A DNA stretch of 64,000 nt from Nannocystis bainbridge (GTDB lineage Bacteria > Myxococcota_A > Polyangia > Nannocystales > Nannocystaceae), in the NCBI RefSeq assembly GCF_028368995.1, contig NZ_JAQNDL010000002.1, positions 128,001-192,000 of the forward strand. The letters are read 5' to 3'. Positions within the stretch are counted from its first letter, which is position 1; each line of letters starts with the position of its first letter. Below, piece after piece: positions 1-9,364 of this stretch. The translations under genes were made by a program, and so were the position numbers. Under the pieces are notes generated by a model. The model searched no databases. It had not been told where the DNA came from and worked only from the letters and a program-made list of their open reading frames with translations.

Positions 1-327
1 GGGACGCTGCGCATCGAAGGCACGGCCGACAAGCCGGTGCAGATGTTCGGGGTCACCGACCGCCGCGGGACGTGGGACGCGATCCGCCTGTACGAGAAGG
101 CCCGCGGCAACGTGTTCGAGCACGTGCAGCTGCGCAACGCCGGCGGCGAGGGGGCGATCAACGTGGCCATCGGGGTCGACGCGACCGTCCGCGACGTGTC
201 CTGCGTGCGCTGCTTCAGCCCGACGCTGACGTGGGCCTGCGGCTCGAAGGTGACCTCCGAGCGGGTCACCGGCGGGGCCGAGACGCCGGCAGCGACGCTG
301 CCGCCGTTCGGCTGCGACCCGGCGTAA
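1..327 (+). CDS. C-terminal part of a probable right-handed beta-helix (pectin-lyase-like) secreted protein, truncated by the window edge
   Basis: Frame open from base 1 (GTLRIEGTADKPV...GTWDAIRL...NVFEHVQLRNAGG), a pattern typical of beta-helix repeat proteins; TAA at 325-327. Confidence 0.55.
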   Translation, partial: GTLRIEGTADKPVQMFGVTDRRGTWDAIRLYEKARGNVFEHVQLRNAGGEGAINVAIGVDATVRDVSCVRCFSPTLTWACGSKVTSERVTGGAETPAATLPPFGCDPA

Positions 328-366
328 TACGCAGAGGCGCGGCCGGGTGAGGGCGCCGTGACAGGG

Positions 367-421
367 GCTAATTTGTGATCCCTTGGGGGCTGTTTGGGCC
401 CACAAAGGATCATAAATTGGC
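367..421. repeat. AT-rich imperfect inverted repeat/hairpin
   Basis: GCTAATTTGTGATCC...GGATCATAAATTGGC arms with an inner partial stem; downstream of the first CDS. Confidence 0.6.
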
Positions 422-445
422 TGGTATTTTTCGCTGCCGATGGGC

Positions 446-531
446 GCGTGACGATGCCCGCGCGTGGGTCCCGAGGGATGTCTCCTCTGCCGACAGGGGC
501 GTGACGATGCCCGCGTGGGTCCCGAGGAATG
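446..531. repeat. Two-copy ~33-bp direct repeat
   Basis: GCGTGACGATGCCCGCG(CG)TGGGTCCCGAGGRATG at ~446-480 and ~499-531. Confidence 0.75.
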
Positions 532-624
532 CTCTGCGGCCTGCGAGCAGCGTCGAAGTCGCGGCAGGCGTGGCAGCGCGTCGGCTCGAGCTCTGAGCTC
601 CGCGGGCGTTCTGCCTTCGGAAGA

Positions 625-718
625 CTCCATGGCGAAATGGACAGGTCGAAATGGATATGGTGAAAAGGACATGGCGGATGCGCCATGTCCTGTTCGCCAT
701 GTCCTTGCGGTCATGGCC
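625..718. repeat. 14-bp-period CATG array (TGTCY-N4-RGACA family)
   Basis: Junction tetramers at 628, 642 (CAGG), 656 (TATG), 670, 684, 698, 712; between convergent genes. Confidence 0.85.
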
Positions 719-3485
719 GCGGAGGCGGCTTCGGGCGGGCGGCGGCGCGGGTCAGCAGGCGCTCGCTGGCGGCCAGCTGGCGGGCGAAGCTGGCGCCGGC
801 GCTGCGGTAGAACGCCAGCGCGGCGCCGAGGTGCGGGCGGGCGGCGGCGATGGCGGGAGGCGTGGCGGTCAGCATGGCCTCGGCGAGGGTGCGGTGGGCG
901 CGAGCGAGGCGCGGGGCCCAGTGCGGGTCGGCCTCGGCGAGCGGGGTGAGCTCGGCGACGGCGGCGGCGAGCGGGACGCGGGCCTCGAGCGGGCGATCGC
1001 GCATGAGCAAGTTCTGGCCGAGGACGAGGTGCAGCTCGGCGAGCTCGTCGCTCGACCAGGTGGCGTCCGGCAGGCGGTCCAGCGTGGCCCGCAGGTGCTC
1101 GACGGCGGTGTCGTCGTCGAACGGGCCGGCCAGGCCGCGATAGCCGGCCAGGAGCGTGGCCTCGGGGCCGAACAGGCGGGTGCCGGACAGCTCCGACAGC
1201 TCGGCGGCGGCGCGGAAGACGGAGGCGGCGTCGTCGTCGTCGCCGATCTCGATGGCGGCGCGGCCGAGGTGAAAGAGGCACCGCGTGCGCCGCACGAGGT
1301 CGTCGGGCAAGAACCGCTCGAGCGCGACGCAGCCGCTCTGGAGGATCGACCACGCCTCGCCAGGCTCGGCCAGCTGAGCCGCGGTGATCCGGGCCTCGAT
1401 GGTGGCGGGGTGGACGACGCCGAGCTCGGCGTCGAAGATCTCGAGCGCGCGGGCGAGCAGCTCGTCGCGCGGGCGGCCCGGATCGGTGACGGCGGCGAGG
1501 TCGAGCAGGGTGGAGCCGACGTCGCGGTGGCCGACCGACAGCGCGGCCTGGCGCACGCCGAGGGCCTCGGTGAAGTAGCGCCGGGCCTCGACGGTGTTGC
1601 GCTGGGCGAGGTGGGCGACGCCGAGGTTGTGGAGGACGAGGCCGCGCAGGGCGTCGGGGTCGGCGCCGCGCGAGGCGAGGGCGAGGGCGAGGGGCTCGTC
1701 GGCGAGGGCGCGGCCGACTGTCTCGGGACGCCGACCGACAGCGACGATCCGCAAGGCGACGGCCTCGGCCGCGATCGCGTCGCCGCGCGACTCGATGCCG
1801 CTGCGCATGGCCCGGGTGAGCCACTCGAGCTCCTGGCCGGTCTCCTCGGCGGTGTTGAGCGAGAGCCGCCCGCGCAGCAAGGCGACCTCGGCGCGCAGCG
1901 GGGCGTAGCCGACCTGCTCGGCGGCGGCCTCGATGTCGACGGCCTCCTCGACGGCCTCGTGGACCCGACCGAGCCGGGCCAGCGCCTCGGCCCGGGCCAT
2001 GTGATCGCGGAGGTCGGCGACCCGCTCGCCGAGGTCGGGGTCGTCGGGCGCAGGCGGCTCGGCCTTGAGGAAGGCGAGGTTGTGGCAGGCGGAGGGCGGC
2101 ACGAGGTCGCTGGCAGCGCCGAGCGCCCGCGGGGCCATGTCCATGTCGGCGATCGAGAGCGCTTTGACGGTGGCGTCGAAGGCGTCGCGCCGGCGCTCGA
2201 GGCAGCGCCGCTGGCGATCGAGGAGGGCCTCGGTGTAGCGGCCCTGGTGCTCGGCGAGGCAGGTGTCGCGGTGGTTCTCGGCCCAGGCGGCGGCGAACCG
2301 ATCGAGCTTGTCGGCGACCTTCGGCCACAGCACGGCGGCGTAGTGAGGAGCCGCGTCGCGCAGGGCGGTGGCGACGGCGTTGCGCTGAGCAGGACCCCAG
2401 ACGCGGGCGATCTCGGCGTCGGCGTCGGCACACGGCGATTCGGCGGAGGCCTCGGGCACGACGGCGAGACCGGCGGCGCCGGCGGTGAGGGCGAGCGCCA
2501 CGGCGGCGCCGACGAGCCGCCAGGTCCGACCGTGCGACGGGGCGAGCGCGCCGAGCAGGGCCTCCATCGACGGGTAGCGATCACGCGGCTCGGTCTTGAG
2601 GCCGCGCATGAGGGCGCCGACCAACCAGGCGGGCACGCCATGGTTGCGCGGAGGTGGCCGCGGCGGGCCGCTGGTGATCGCGTGGGAGAGGGCGAGGATG
2701 TCGTTGCCGGCGAACGGCGGCAGGCCGAACAGGGCCTCGTAGAGCGCGACGCAGAAGCTGAACTGATCGGAGGCGGGCTGGGCCGGGCCGCCGCGCCAGC
2801 GCTCGGGCGCGAGATAAGCGGGGGTGCCGAGGATGTCGTCGTCGTCCTCGCCAGTGAGGCGCGCGCGCATGCTCTGGTTGGCGCTCTGGCCCGACAGCTC
2901 GAGCAGGCTCGGACGATCGGGGGTGGCGCGCACGAGGCCGAAATCGAGGACGCAGGCGCGACCGGTGGCGTCGATCATGACGTTGCCGGGCTTGAAGTCG
3001 CGATGCAAAAGGCCGACGCCGTGCGCGGCGGCGAGGCCCCGCGCGGCCTGGGTGAAGATGTCGTGGATCTCGCGCCAGGTGCGTGGGCCGGCGGCGAGCC
3101 AGGCAGGCAAGGCAGCGCCGCGGATCAGCTCCATGGCGATGTAGACCTGACCCTTGACGACGCCGGCTTCGAGCACGGTGATGACGTTGGGGTGGCTGAC
3201 CCCGGCCATCGCCTGGGCCTCGCGCAGCAGCCGGATCTGGCCCCTGGAGCCGGTGTCGGGCAAGACCTTGATGGCGATCTTGCGATCGAGGAGCTCGTCG
3301 TAGGCGGCGTAGACGGCCGCCGTTCCGCCGCCGAGCCGCTCGAGGATGGTGAACCGACCGAGCCGCGGAGGCAGGGTCGCAGGGATGATCGCGACACCAG
3401 GCAGCGACTGCGTGATGTCCACCGAGATCCCCGACGCGTCCGTATCGGGAATGATGACGCTCATGGGATTCGACCAGTCTTGCAC
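711..3485 (-). CDS. Ser/Thr protein kinase with TM segment and C-terminal TPR-like helical repeats
   Basis: IAIK, HRDFKPGN, DFG, GTPAYLAPE and DQFS motifs; hydrophobic segment; TPR-like repeats; start may be 3464. Confidence 0.9.
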   Translation of the reverse strand: MQDWSNPMSVIIPDTDASGISVDITQSLPGVAIIPATLPPRLGRFTILERLGGGTAAVYAAYDELLDRKIAIKVLPDTGSRGQIRLLREAQAMAGVSHPNVITVLEAGVVKGQVYIAMELIRGAALPAWLAAGPRTWREIHDIFTQAARGLAAAHGVGLLHRDFKPGNVMIDATGRACVLDFGLVRATPDRPSLLELSGQSANQSMRARLTGEDDDDILGTPAYLAPERWRGGPAQPASDQFSFCVALYEALFGLPPFAGNDILALSHAITSGPPRPPPRNHGVPAWLVGALMRGLKTEPRDRYPSMEALLGALAPSHGRTWRLVGAAVALALTAGAAGLAVVPEASAESPCADADAEIARVWGPAQRNAVATALRDAAPHYAAVLWPKVADKLDRFAAAWAENHRDTCLAEHQGRYTEALLDRQRRCLERRRDAFDATVKALSIADMDMAPRALGAASDLVPPSACHNLAFLKAEPPAPDDPDLGERVADLRDHMARAEALARLGRVHEAVEEAVDIEAAAEQVGYAPLRAEVALLRGRLSLNTAEETGQELEWLTRAMRSGIESRGDAIAAEAVALRIVAVGRRPETVGRALADEPLALALASRGADPDALRGLVLHNLGVAHLAQRNTVEARRYFTEALGVRQAALSVGHRDVGSTLLDLAAVTDPGRPRDELLARALEIFDAELGVVHPATIEARITAAQLAEPGEAWSILQSGCVALERFLPDDLVRRTRCLFHLGRAAIEIGDDDDAASVFRAAAELSELSGTRLFGPEATLLAGYRGLAGPFDDDTAVEHLRATLDRLPDATWSSDELAELHLVLGQNLLMRDRPLEARVPLAAAVAELTPLAEADPHWAPRLARAHRTLAEAMLTATPPAIAAARPHLGAALAFYRSAGASFARQLAASERLLTRAAARPKPPPRP

Positions 3486-3975
3486 CGACCTCCACGTACG
3501 CCGGGACCACGGGGTCGCGGGGCCGATGTAGGCCGTTCAAGCGGCGCGGCGGCCTCGTGGGGCGCGTCCGCTCGATGGTCACGCGCAGCGGGCGCTCGTC
3601 ATGACCTGTCCTCGAGTTCTAAAAATCGGGCGTTGGTGGAATGGCGGCAGAGGGCCGCGCAAGGCGGTGTGGGCGCGATCTGTGGTTGATGGGGTGCGGC
3701 GTATGTGCGCCGGATCAATTCGATCGCGCGGACGCGAGATGTGGATCGTGGCACGGCGATTTCCGTCGCCGACGCTCCGTCGCGGCGCTCGCGTCGCGGT
3801 CGCGTCCGCGATCGCGGCGGGCCTCGTGATCGCGCCGAAGCCGAGGCCGGGGCCGCGCGCCCGGGGGCGCGACGGCGAAGGGCGGTACCGGTGTTCCGCC
3901 GCCGCGCGGCGCGTGCGGAGGATGGCCGCCGGTCCGGATTGCGCGCGGCGGCGGCAACGGGCACCTTCGGCCCGG

Positions 3976-5271
3976 ATGTCGAAGGTCTCCGACGGCCCCG
4001 CGAAAACTCCGTCCCGCGCCCGCGTGCTGCGAGGTCGCCTGCTGTGCCCCGATCCGCGGCAGGCGAAGATCGAGCGCATCGCCGACGGCCTGCTGACGAT
4101 CGGCGAGGACGGCCGGATCGTGTCGATCGCGCCGGCGCCGGAGGATTGCCCGCTGCCGCCGTCGTACCCGGGCGCGGTGATCCTGCCCGGCTTCGTCGAC
4201 ACCCACGTGCATTTCCCGCAGACGCGCGTGATCGGCAGCGCGAGCGGGCCGCTGCTGCGCTGGCTCGAGCGGTCCGTGTTCCCGGAGGAGCTGCGGTTTC
4301 ACAGCCTGCGCTACGCGGCGGCGGTGGCGTGGGAGTTCTGCGAGGCGCTGATCCGCCAGGGCACCACGTGCGCGGCGATCTACGCCTCGAGCCACGAGGC
4401 GGCCACCGACGTGCTGTTCCACGAGCTCGACCGCTGCGGGCTGCGAGCATTGGTCGGCATGACGCTGATGGACCGCGGGGCGCCGGAGGGGCTGCTGGTC
4501 GGCGTCGACGAGGCGATGGCGGGCTGCGAGCGGCTGATCGCGCGCTGGCACGGTCACGACGGGCGGCTCGGCTTCTGCGTCACGCCGCGGTTCGCCCTCA
4601 GCTGCACGCCGGGGCTGCTGCGCGCGGCGGGGCGGCTGGCCGAGACCCACGGCCTGCATGTCCAGACGCACCTGTCCGAAAATACAGACGAGCTGCGGCA
4701 CACGGCGGCGGCGTTCCCGGCGGCGCGTGATTATCTCGAGGTGTACGAGTCGCACGGGCTCAGCGGGCCGCGCTCGTTGTTCGCGCACTGCGTGCACCTG
4801 TCGGACGGCGAGTGGGACCGACTGGCGGCGACCGGCGGCGCGGTGGCCCATTGCCCCGACAGCAACTTCTTCCTCGGCAGCGGCTGCATGCGCCTGCGCG
4901 CGGCCACCGGGCGATCGATCCGCGTCGGCCTCGGCACCGACGTGGGCGCGGGCCGCAGCTTCTCGCTGCGCCAGGTGATCGCGAGCGCCTACGACGCGAG
5001 CCTCATCGCGGGGGCGCCCGCGACGGCCGAGGAACTGCTGTGGCTGGCGACGCGGGGCGGAGCCTGCGCGTTGGGGATGGCGGACGAGCTCGGTTGCCTG
5101 CAGCCCGGTCACGCGGCCGATCTGGCGGTGATCGACGCGCCCGAGATCGCGGGCGCCGAGGGGCTGTTCGACGCGCTGGCGTTCCGCCGCGACGCGGCGC
5201 CCGCTCGCGCGGTGTTCGTGCGCGGGGCGCTGCTCCGCGGGGCGGTCGCTGCGGGTCCCGAGGTGGTGTAA
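3976..5271 (+). CDS. guaD: Guanine deaminase (amidohydrolase superfamily)
   Basis: PGFVDTHVHFPQ, TPRFALSC, QTHLSEN, AHCPDSN, GLGTDVGAG; start uncertain (3922 or 3976). Confidence 0.85.
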   Translation: MSKVSDGPAKTPSRARVLRGRLLCPDPRQAKIERIADGLLTIGEDGRIVSIAPAPEDCPLPPSYPGAVILPGFVDTHVHFPQTRVIGSASGPLLRWLERSVFPEELRFHSLRYAAAVAWEFCEALIRQGTTCAAIYASSHEAATDVLFHELDRCGLRALVGMTLMDRGAPEGLLVGVDEAMAGCERLIARWHGHDGRLGFCVTPRFALSCTPGLLRAAGRLAETHGLHVQTHLSENTDELRHTAAAFPAARDYLEVYESHGLSGPRSLFAHCVHLSDGEWDRLAATGGAVAHCPDSNFFLGSGCMRLRAATGRSIRVGLGTDVGAGRSFSLRQVIASAYDASLIAGAPATAEELLWLATRGGACALGMADELGCLQPGHAADLAVIDAPEIAGAEGLFDALAFRRDAAPARAVFVRGALLRGAVAAGPEVV

Positions 5272-5279
5272 ACCGGAGC

Positions 5280-6701
5280 ATGCTCCGCGAGACGTATCCC
5301 CTGTTCCTCGGCGGCCGCGCGGTGCAGGCCAACTTCGACCTGCCCGTGTTGGACAAGTTCTCCGGCGAGGAGGCGGCCCGGGTGGCCCAGGCCGACGCGG
5401 GCACGCTCGACGCGGCGATCGCCGCCGCCGCAGGGACGACGCGGGCGACCGCCGCGATGCCGCCGTACGCCCGCCAGGCGGCGCTCGAGCACTGCGTGCG
5501 GCGGTTCGAGGAGCGCGCGGCGGAGCTGGCGATGGTGCTGTGCATCGAGGCGGGCAAGCCGATCCGCGACGCCCGCGGCGAGGTTGGTCGCCTGATCGAG
5601 ACGTTCAAGGCGGCCGCGGCCGAGGTGACGCGGCCGGCCGGCGAGGTGCTGGCGATGGCCTCGAGCCCGCGCCTGCACGGCTACCGCGGGCAGTGGAAGC
5701 GGGTGCCCATCGGCGCGTGCTCGCTGATCTCGCCGTTCAACTTCCCGCTCAACCTGGCGGCCCACAAGATCGCGCCGGCGATCGCGGCGGGCTGCCCGTT
5801 CGTGCTCAAGCCGGCCAGCGCGACCCCGATCTCGGCGCTGCTGATCGGCGAGGTGCTGGCCGAGACCGAGCTGCCCGAAGGGTCATGGTCGATCGTGCCG
5901 TGCCCGCGCGCCGGCGCCGACGCGCTGGCCAGCGACGAGCGCCTGAAGCTGCTCAGCTTCACCGGCTCGCCGGCGGTCGGCTGGGCGATGAAGGCCCGCG
6001 CCGGCAAGAAGAAGGTGGTGCTCGAGCTCGGCGGCAACGCGGCCTGCGTGATCGACGAGACGGCGGACCTCGAGAAGGTGGTGCCGCGGCTCATCACGGG
6101 GGTGTTCTATCAGTCGGGCCAGAGCTGCATCAGCGTGCAGCGGATCCTCGCCCACGCGTCGATCTACGCGGAGCTGCGCGACCGGCTGGTGGCGGCGACG
6201 GCCGAGCTCAAGGTCGGCGACCCACGCGACGAGGACACGTTCATCGGCCCCATCATCTCGGAGAAGGAGGCGCGCCGGATCGCCGCGTGGATCGAGGCCG
6301 CGGTGCAGGCCGGGGCGCGGCGGCTGTGCGGGGGCGGGCGCGACGGGGTGATGGTAGCGCCGACGCTGCTCGAGCGCGTGCCGCGAGACCAGCCGATCGC
6401 CGCCGAGGAGGCGTTCGGGCCGGTGGCGCTGCTGCAGGAGTTCGCTACGTTCGACGAGGCGCTGCAGCAGGTCAACGACAGCAAGTTCGGGCTGCAGGCG
6501 GGGGTGTTCACCCGCGACATCGAGCGCATGCACCAGGCCTGGGACTCGCTCGAGGTCGGCGGGGTGATCGTGAACGACGTGCCGTCGTTCCGCGCCGACC
6601 CGATGCCCTACGGCGGGGTCAAGGACTCGGGCCTCGGCCGCGAGGGGCTGCGCTTCGCCATCGAGGACATGTCGGAGATCCGGATGCTGGTGGTGCGCTG
6701 A
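5280..6701 (+). CDS. Aldehyde dehydrogenase family protein
   Basis: ISPFNFP, LKPA, FTGS, LELGGN, GQSCISVQR, EEAFGP, PYGGVKDSG. Confidence 0.92.
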   Translation: MLRETYPLFLGGRAVQANFDLPVLDKFSGEEAARVAQADAGTLDAAIAAAAGTTRATAAMPPYARQAALEHCVRRFEERAAELAMVLCIEAGKPIRDARGEVGRLIETFKAAAAEVTRPAGEVLAMASSPRLHGYRGQWKRVPIGACSLISPFNFPLNLAAHKIAPAIAAGCPFVLKPASATPISALLIGEVLAETELPEGSWSIVPCPRAGADALASDERLKLLSFTGSPAVGWAMKARAGKKKVVLELGGNAACVIDETADLEKVVPRLITGVFYQSGQSCISVQRILAHASIYAELRDRLVAATAELKVGDPRDEDTFIGPIISEKEARRIAAWIEAAVQAGARRLCGGGRDGVMVAPTLLERVPRDQPIAAEEAFGPVALLQEFATFDEALQQVNDSKFGLQAGVFTRDIERMHQAWDSLEVGGVIVNDVPSFRADPMPYGGVKDSGLGREGLRFAIEDMSEIRMLVVR

Positions 6702-6713
6702 GGCTGGCCTTTG

Positions 6714-6751
6714 GCGCATGTCGTGAGGGACATGCGCGAAGGGACATGTAC
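6714..6751. repeat. 14-bp-period CATG array
   Basis: CATG at 6717, 6731, 6745; fills the gap between the convergent ALDH and SDR genes. Confidence 0.8.
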
Positions 6752-6756
6752 CACTG

Positions 6757-7554
6757 TCAGACGACCGGGACGGTGCCGCCGTCGATGGTGGTCTCGCTGC
6801 CGTGGATCGAGCCGGCGCGGTCGGAGACGAGGAAGGCGACCAACTCGGCGACCTCCTCGGGCCGGCCGGGGCGGCCGATGGGGATGCCGCCGAGCGAGGT
6901 CATGAGGCCGTTGCGGGCGGTGGCCTCGTCGGTGCCGGACTCGGCGGCGAGGCGGACGACGAGGGCGTGGGCGGCGGCGGTCTCGATGAAGCCGGGGGCG
7001 ATGCTGTTGACGCGCACGCCCTGGGGGCCGAACTCCCGCGCCAGGCCCTTGCTGTAGGTGCTGAGGGCGGCCTTGGCGGCGGCGTAGGCGAGCGTGGCCT
7101 CGGGCAGCGGCATGCGGCGCTGGATCGAGGAGACGTGGAGGATGACGCCGGAGCGCTGGGCGACCATGCCGGGCAAAAAGGCGCGGTCGAAGCGGACGGC
7201 GGCGAGGAGGTTGAGGTCGAGGTCATGACGCCAGTGGTCGTCGTCGAGGGCGAGGGCGCCGCCGCCGGGAGCGGACGAACCGCCGGCGTTGTCGACGAGG
7301 ATGTCGACGCCGCCGAAGGCGTCGGTCACGGCCCGCACGACCCGCTCGACGCCCTCACGGGTGGCGATGTCGGCCTGCACGAACAGGGCGGGCTCCTGGC
7401 CTTCGGGCAAGGCGGAGCGCGCGGTGGTGGCGACCGTCGCGCCGCCGGCGGCGAGCCGACGCACGACGGCGGCGCCCATGCCCTGGGTGCCGCCGGTGAC
7501 GAGGACGCGCTTGCCGGTGAACTCGCGGGAGTCGTAGAAGAAAGGCTGGGTCAT
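6757..7554 (-). CDS. Short-chain dehydrogenase/reductase
   Basis: TGGTQGMG, NAG, YAAAK, VNSIAPG motifs. Confidence 0.92.
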   Translation of the reverse strand: MTQPFFYDSREFTGKRVLVTGGTQGMGAAVVRRLAAGGATVATTARSALPEGQEPALFVQADIATREGVERVVRAVTDAFGGVDILVDNAGGSSAPGGGALALDDDHWRHDLDLNLLAAVRFDRAFLPGMVAQRSGVILHVSSIQRRMPLPEATLAYAAAKAALSTYSKGLAREFGPQGVRVNSIAPGFIETAAAHALVVRLAAESGTDEATARNGLMTSLGGIPIGRPGRPEEVAELVAFLVSDRAGSIHGSETTIDGGTVPVV

Positions 7555-7642
7555 TGGATCGATCTCCGATCGAGCACACGCGCGGCGCGACGTTCGCCGC
7601 CGACGATTGCCCGGACCGCGAAGATGGGCCCAGTATGCAGGG

Positions 7643-8113
7643 GTGACAAGGACGCACGAAGAAGTGAGCCGCTCACCTGCAGGTAAGTCGGAGCCGTGGA
7701 CGCCGGAGACCGCGGCGGAGGCCGTGAGCGAGGCGCTGGCGCTGCTCGAGGGGCGCTGGAAGCTGCGCATCTTGTTCCACCTGTTCGGTGGCAAGGTGCT
7801 GCGCTACTCGGAGCTGGAGCGCGCCATCCCGGAGGTGTCGCAGAAGATGCTGGCGCAGCAGCTGCGCAAGCTCGAGAGCGACGGGCTGGTCCGCCGCGAG
7901 GTGTTCGGCGAGGTGCCGCCGCGCGTGGAGTATCGCCTCACGGAGTGGGGGCAGTCGCTGTGCCCGGTGCTCGATGCGCTGCTGCAGTGGCACGCGCGGC
8001 GGGAGGGGAGCGATGCGGAGACCGCCGACGCTGCGGGCGAGGCGGTCGCGGTCTCGTCAGGGGCAGGGCGGCAGAGATGTCCTGAAGGCCAGGTCGATGA
8101 CGCGAGGCGGTGA
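7643..8113 (+). CDS. HxlR-family winged-helix transcriptional regulator, divergent from the SDR
   Basis: GRWKLRIL...RYSELERAIPEVSQKMLAQQLRKLESDGLV...PPRVEYRLT; start approximate. Confidence 0.88.
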   Translation: MTRTHEEVSRSPAGKSEPWTPETAAEAVSEALALLEGRWKLRILFHLFGGKVLRYSELERAIPEVSQKMLAQQLRKLESDGLVRREVFGEVPPRVEYRLTEWGQSLCPVLDALLQWHARREGSDAETADAAGEAVAVSSGAGRQRCPEGQVDDARR

Positions 8114-8285
8114 TGTCGAGGCTGAGTTCGCGGCCGGTCGTCGGCGGCGGGCCGGAGCGGGCAGGTCGAAGTGGCTGTCCTGAAGGCCAGGTCGACGGCG
8201 GCGAGTCGGAGCTGGGAACTCGATGCGGCCGGCTGTGCTCGCGGCCGGGCGGGAGCGAAATAAGCTGTCTCTCAGGACAGGTCGA
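8073..8285. repeat. Loose cluster of TGTCY-N4-RGACA-like units
   Basis: TGTCCtgaaGGCCA twice and TGTCTctcaGGACA. Confidence 0.65.
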
Positions 8286-8330
8286 TGCTCGGCCGGCCCG
8301 GGCCCGCCAGGGCGTGCGGTCGCGACGAAG

Positions 8331-8358
8331 CCGCCCGGAGTCGCGAGACGCCGGGCGG
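8331..8358 (-). terminator. GC-rich hairpin, putative terminator
   Basis: CCGCCCGG-A-GTC-GCGA-GAC-G-CCGGGCGG, ~20 bp past the stop of the 8380-8763 gene; weak U-tract. Confidence 0.45.
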
Positions 8359-8379
8359 GACGGAGGGCCGGCGCGCCGA

Positions 8380-8763
8380 TTACTTCAGCGAGTTGCGCAG
8401 CCGCGGGATGGCGTCCGGGAGGACGACGCTGACGAGGATGCCGAGGGGCGCCTTGACGCAGTCGACGGCCATACCCATGCGGTACTTGTCGGTCAGGTCG
8501 ACGACGATGATCATGACGTTGCCCTCGTCGCCGAGGCGCAGGAGCGTCTGGTAGACGAAGTCGGGCACCGGCAGCTGCGACTTCTTGAGCGCCTCGGTGA
8601 TCCTCTCGCAGAGGATGTTGAAGAGGGCGCACGCCTTGGGCGAGCTGCGAATACCGGCGACGGACATACCGGAGGTCTTGCTGAAGACGTCGATGGTGGC
8701 GAGGCCGCCCATCAGGCCGTCTTCGATCTCGGTGAGGGTCGCATTCACGTCTTTCAGGTTCAT
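8380..8763 (-). CDS. Small hypothetical protein, possibly Roadblock/LC7 (profilin-like) fold
   Basis: 127 aa, coding-like codon usage, GAGAGG RBS; helix-strand-strand-helix-strand-strand-strand-helix pattern. Confidence 0.6.
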   Translation of the reverse strand: MNLKDVNATLTEIEDGLMGGLATIDVFSKTSGMSVAGIRSSPKACALFNILCERITEALKKSQLPVPDFVYQTLLRLGDEGNVMIIVVDLTDKYRMGMAVDCVKAPLGILVSVVLPDAIPRLRNSLK

Positions 8764-9139
8764 CTCGGTGTGCCTCTCGGCCGCGATCAGCGAGCGCGAC
8801 GACCACACTACCTGGAGCCGGGGTCGGTGCTCGCGCGATCGAAAGGGCGAGCGTGAAAAACCGACCCCCGCAGTCCGCGGGCGTGTGCGCGGCGCGCCTT
8901 TCACGCCGGACACCGAAGCGGCCGTAGAGCGGTGCTCGTATCGTTCTGACGCATCGCGGGGTGCGCGCGGCAGATCCGAGGCGGCGAGAAATCCCGGGGA
9001 ACCTGGGGGGATCCAGGATCGGGGCCTGCCGACGGCTGTAGATCACCCCGCACCGGGTTCGGGTGGACCAGGCGTCCAGATGTCCGCCGGTCAAGCCGAG
9101 GGGCCGGTCCCGGGACGGCGCGGAACCGCGGTCCGGGGG

Positions 9140-9360
9140 GCAGGTGAGAGCTGGCCTTCGGGACAGGTCGAAGCCGCGACCCGCTGGCCTTCGGGGCGGT
9201 CGGAGGGACGATAGACGCCGCGTATGGCTGTCTTTCGAGACAGGTGGCGAGTCGCCGGGGCAGCGCCGAAGCTGTCCTTCGGGACAGATTTATAATCGCG
9301 ACGACGGCGAGGCCGACACAAAGGCCGACCTCGCCGCGGGGCTGTCTTTCGGGTCAGGTG
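9140..9360. repeat. Loose cluster of TGTCY-N4-RGACA-like units
   Basis: TGGCCttcgGGACA, TGTCTttcgAGACA, TGTCCttcgGGACA, TGTCTttcgGGTCA. Confidence 0.7.
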
Positions 9361-9364
9361 CTGC

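Noticed and set aside
651-3689. 1012-aa + strand ORF and similar long antisense or alternate-frame ORFs (e.g. 10753-12564, 38149-41055, 44265-46721)
   Set aside because: Shadow ORFs of real genes, expected at high GC; no motifs and skewed composition
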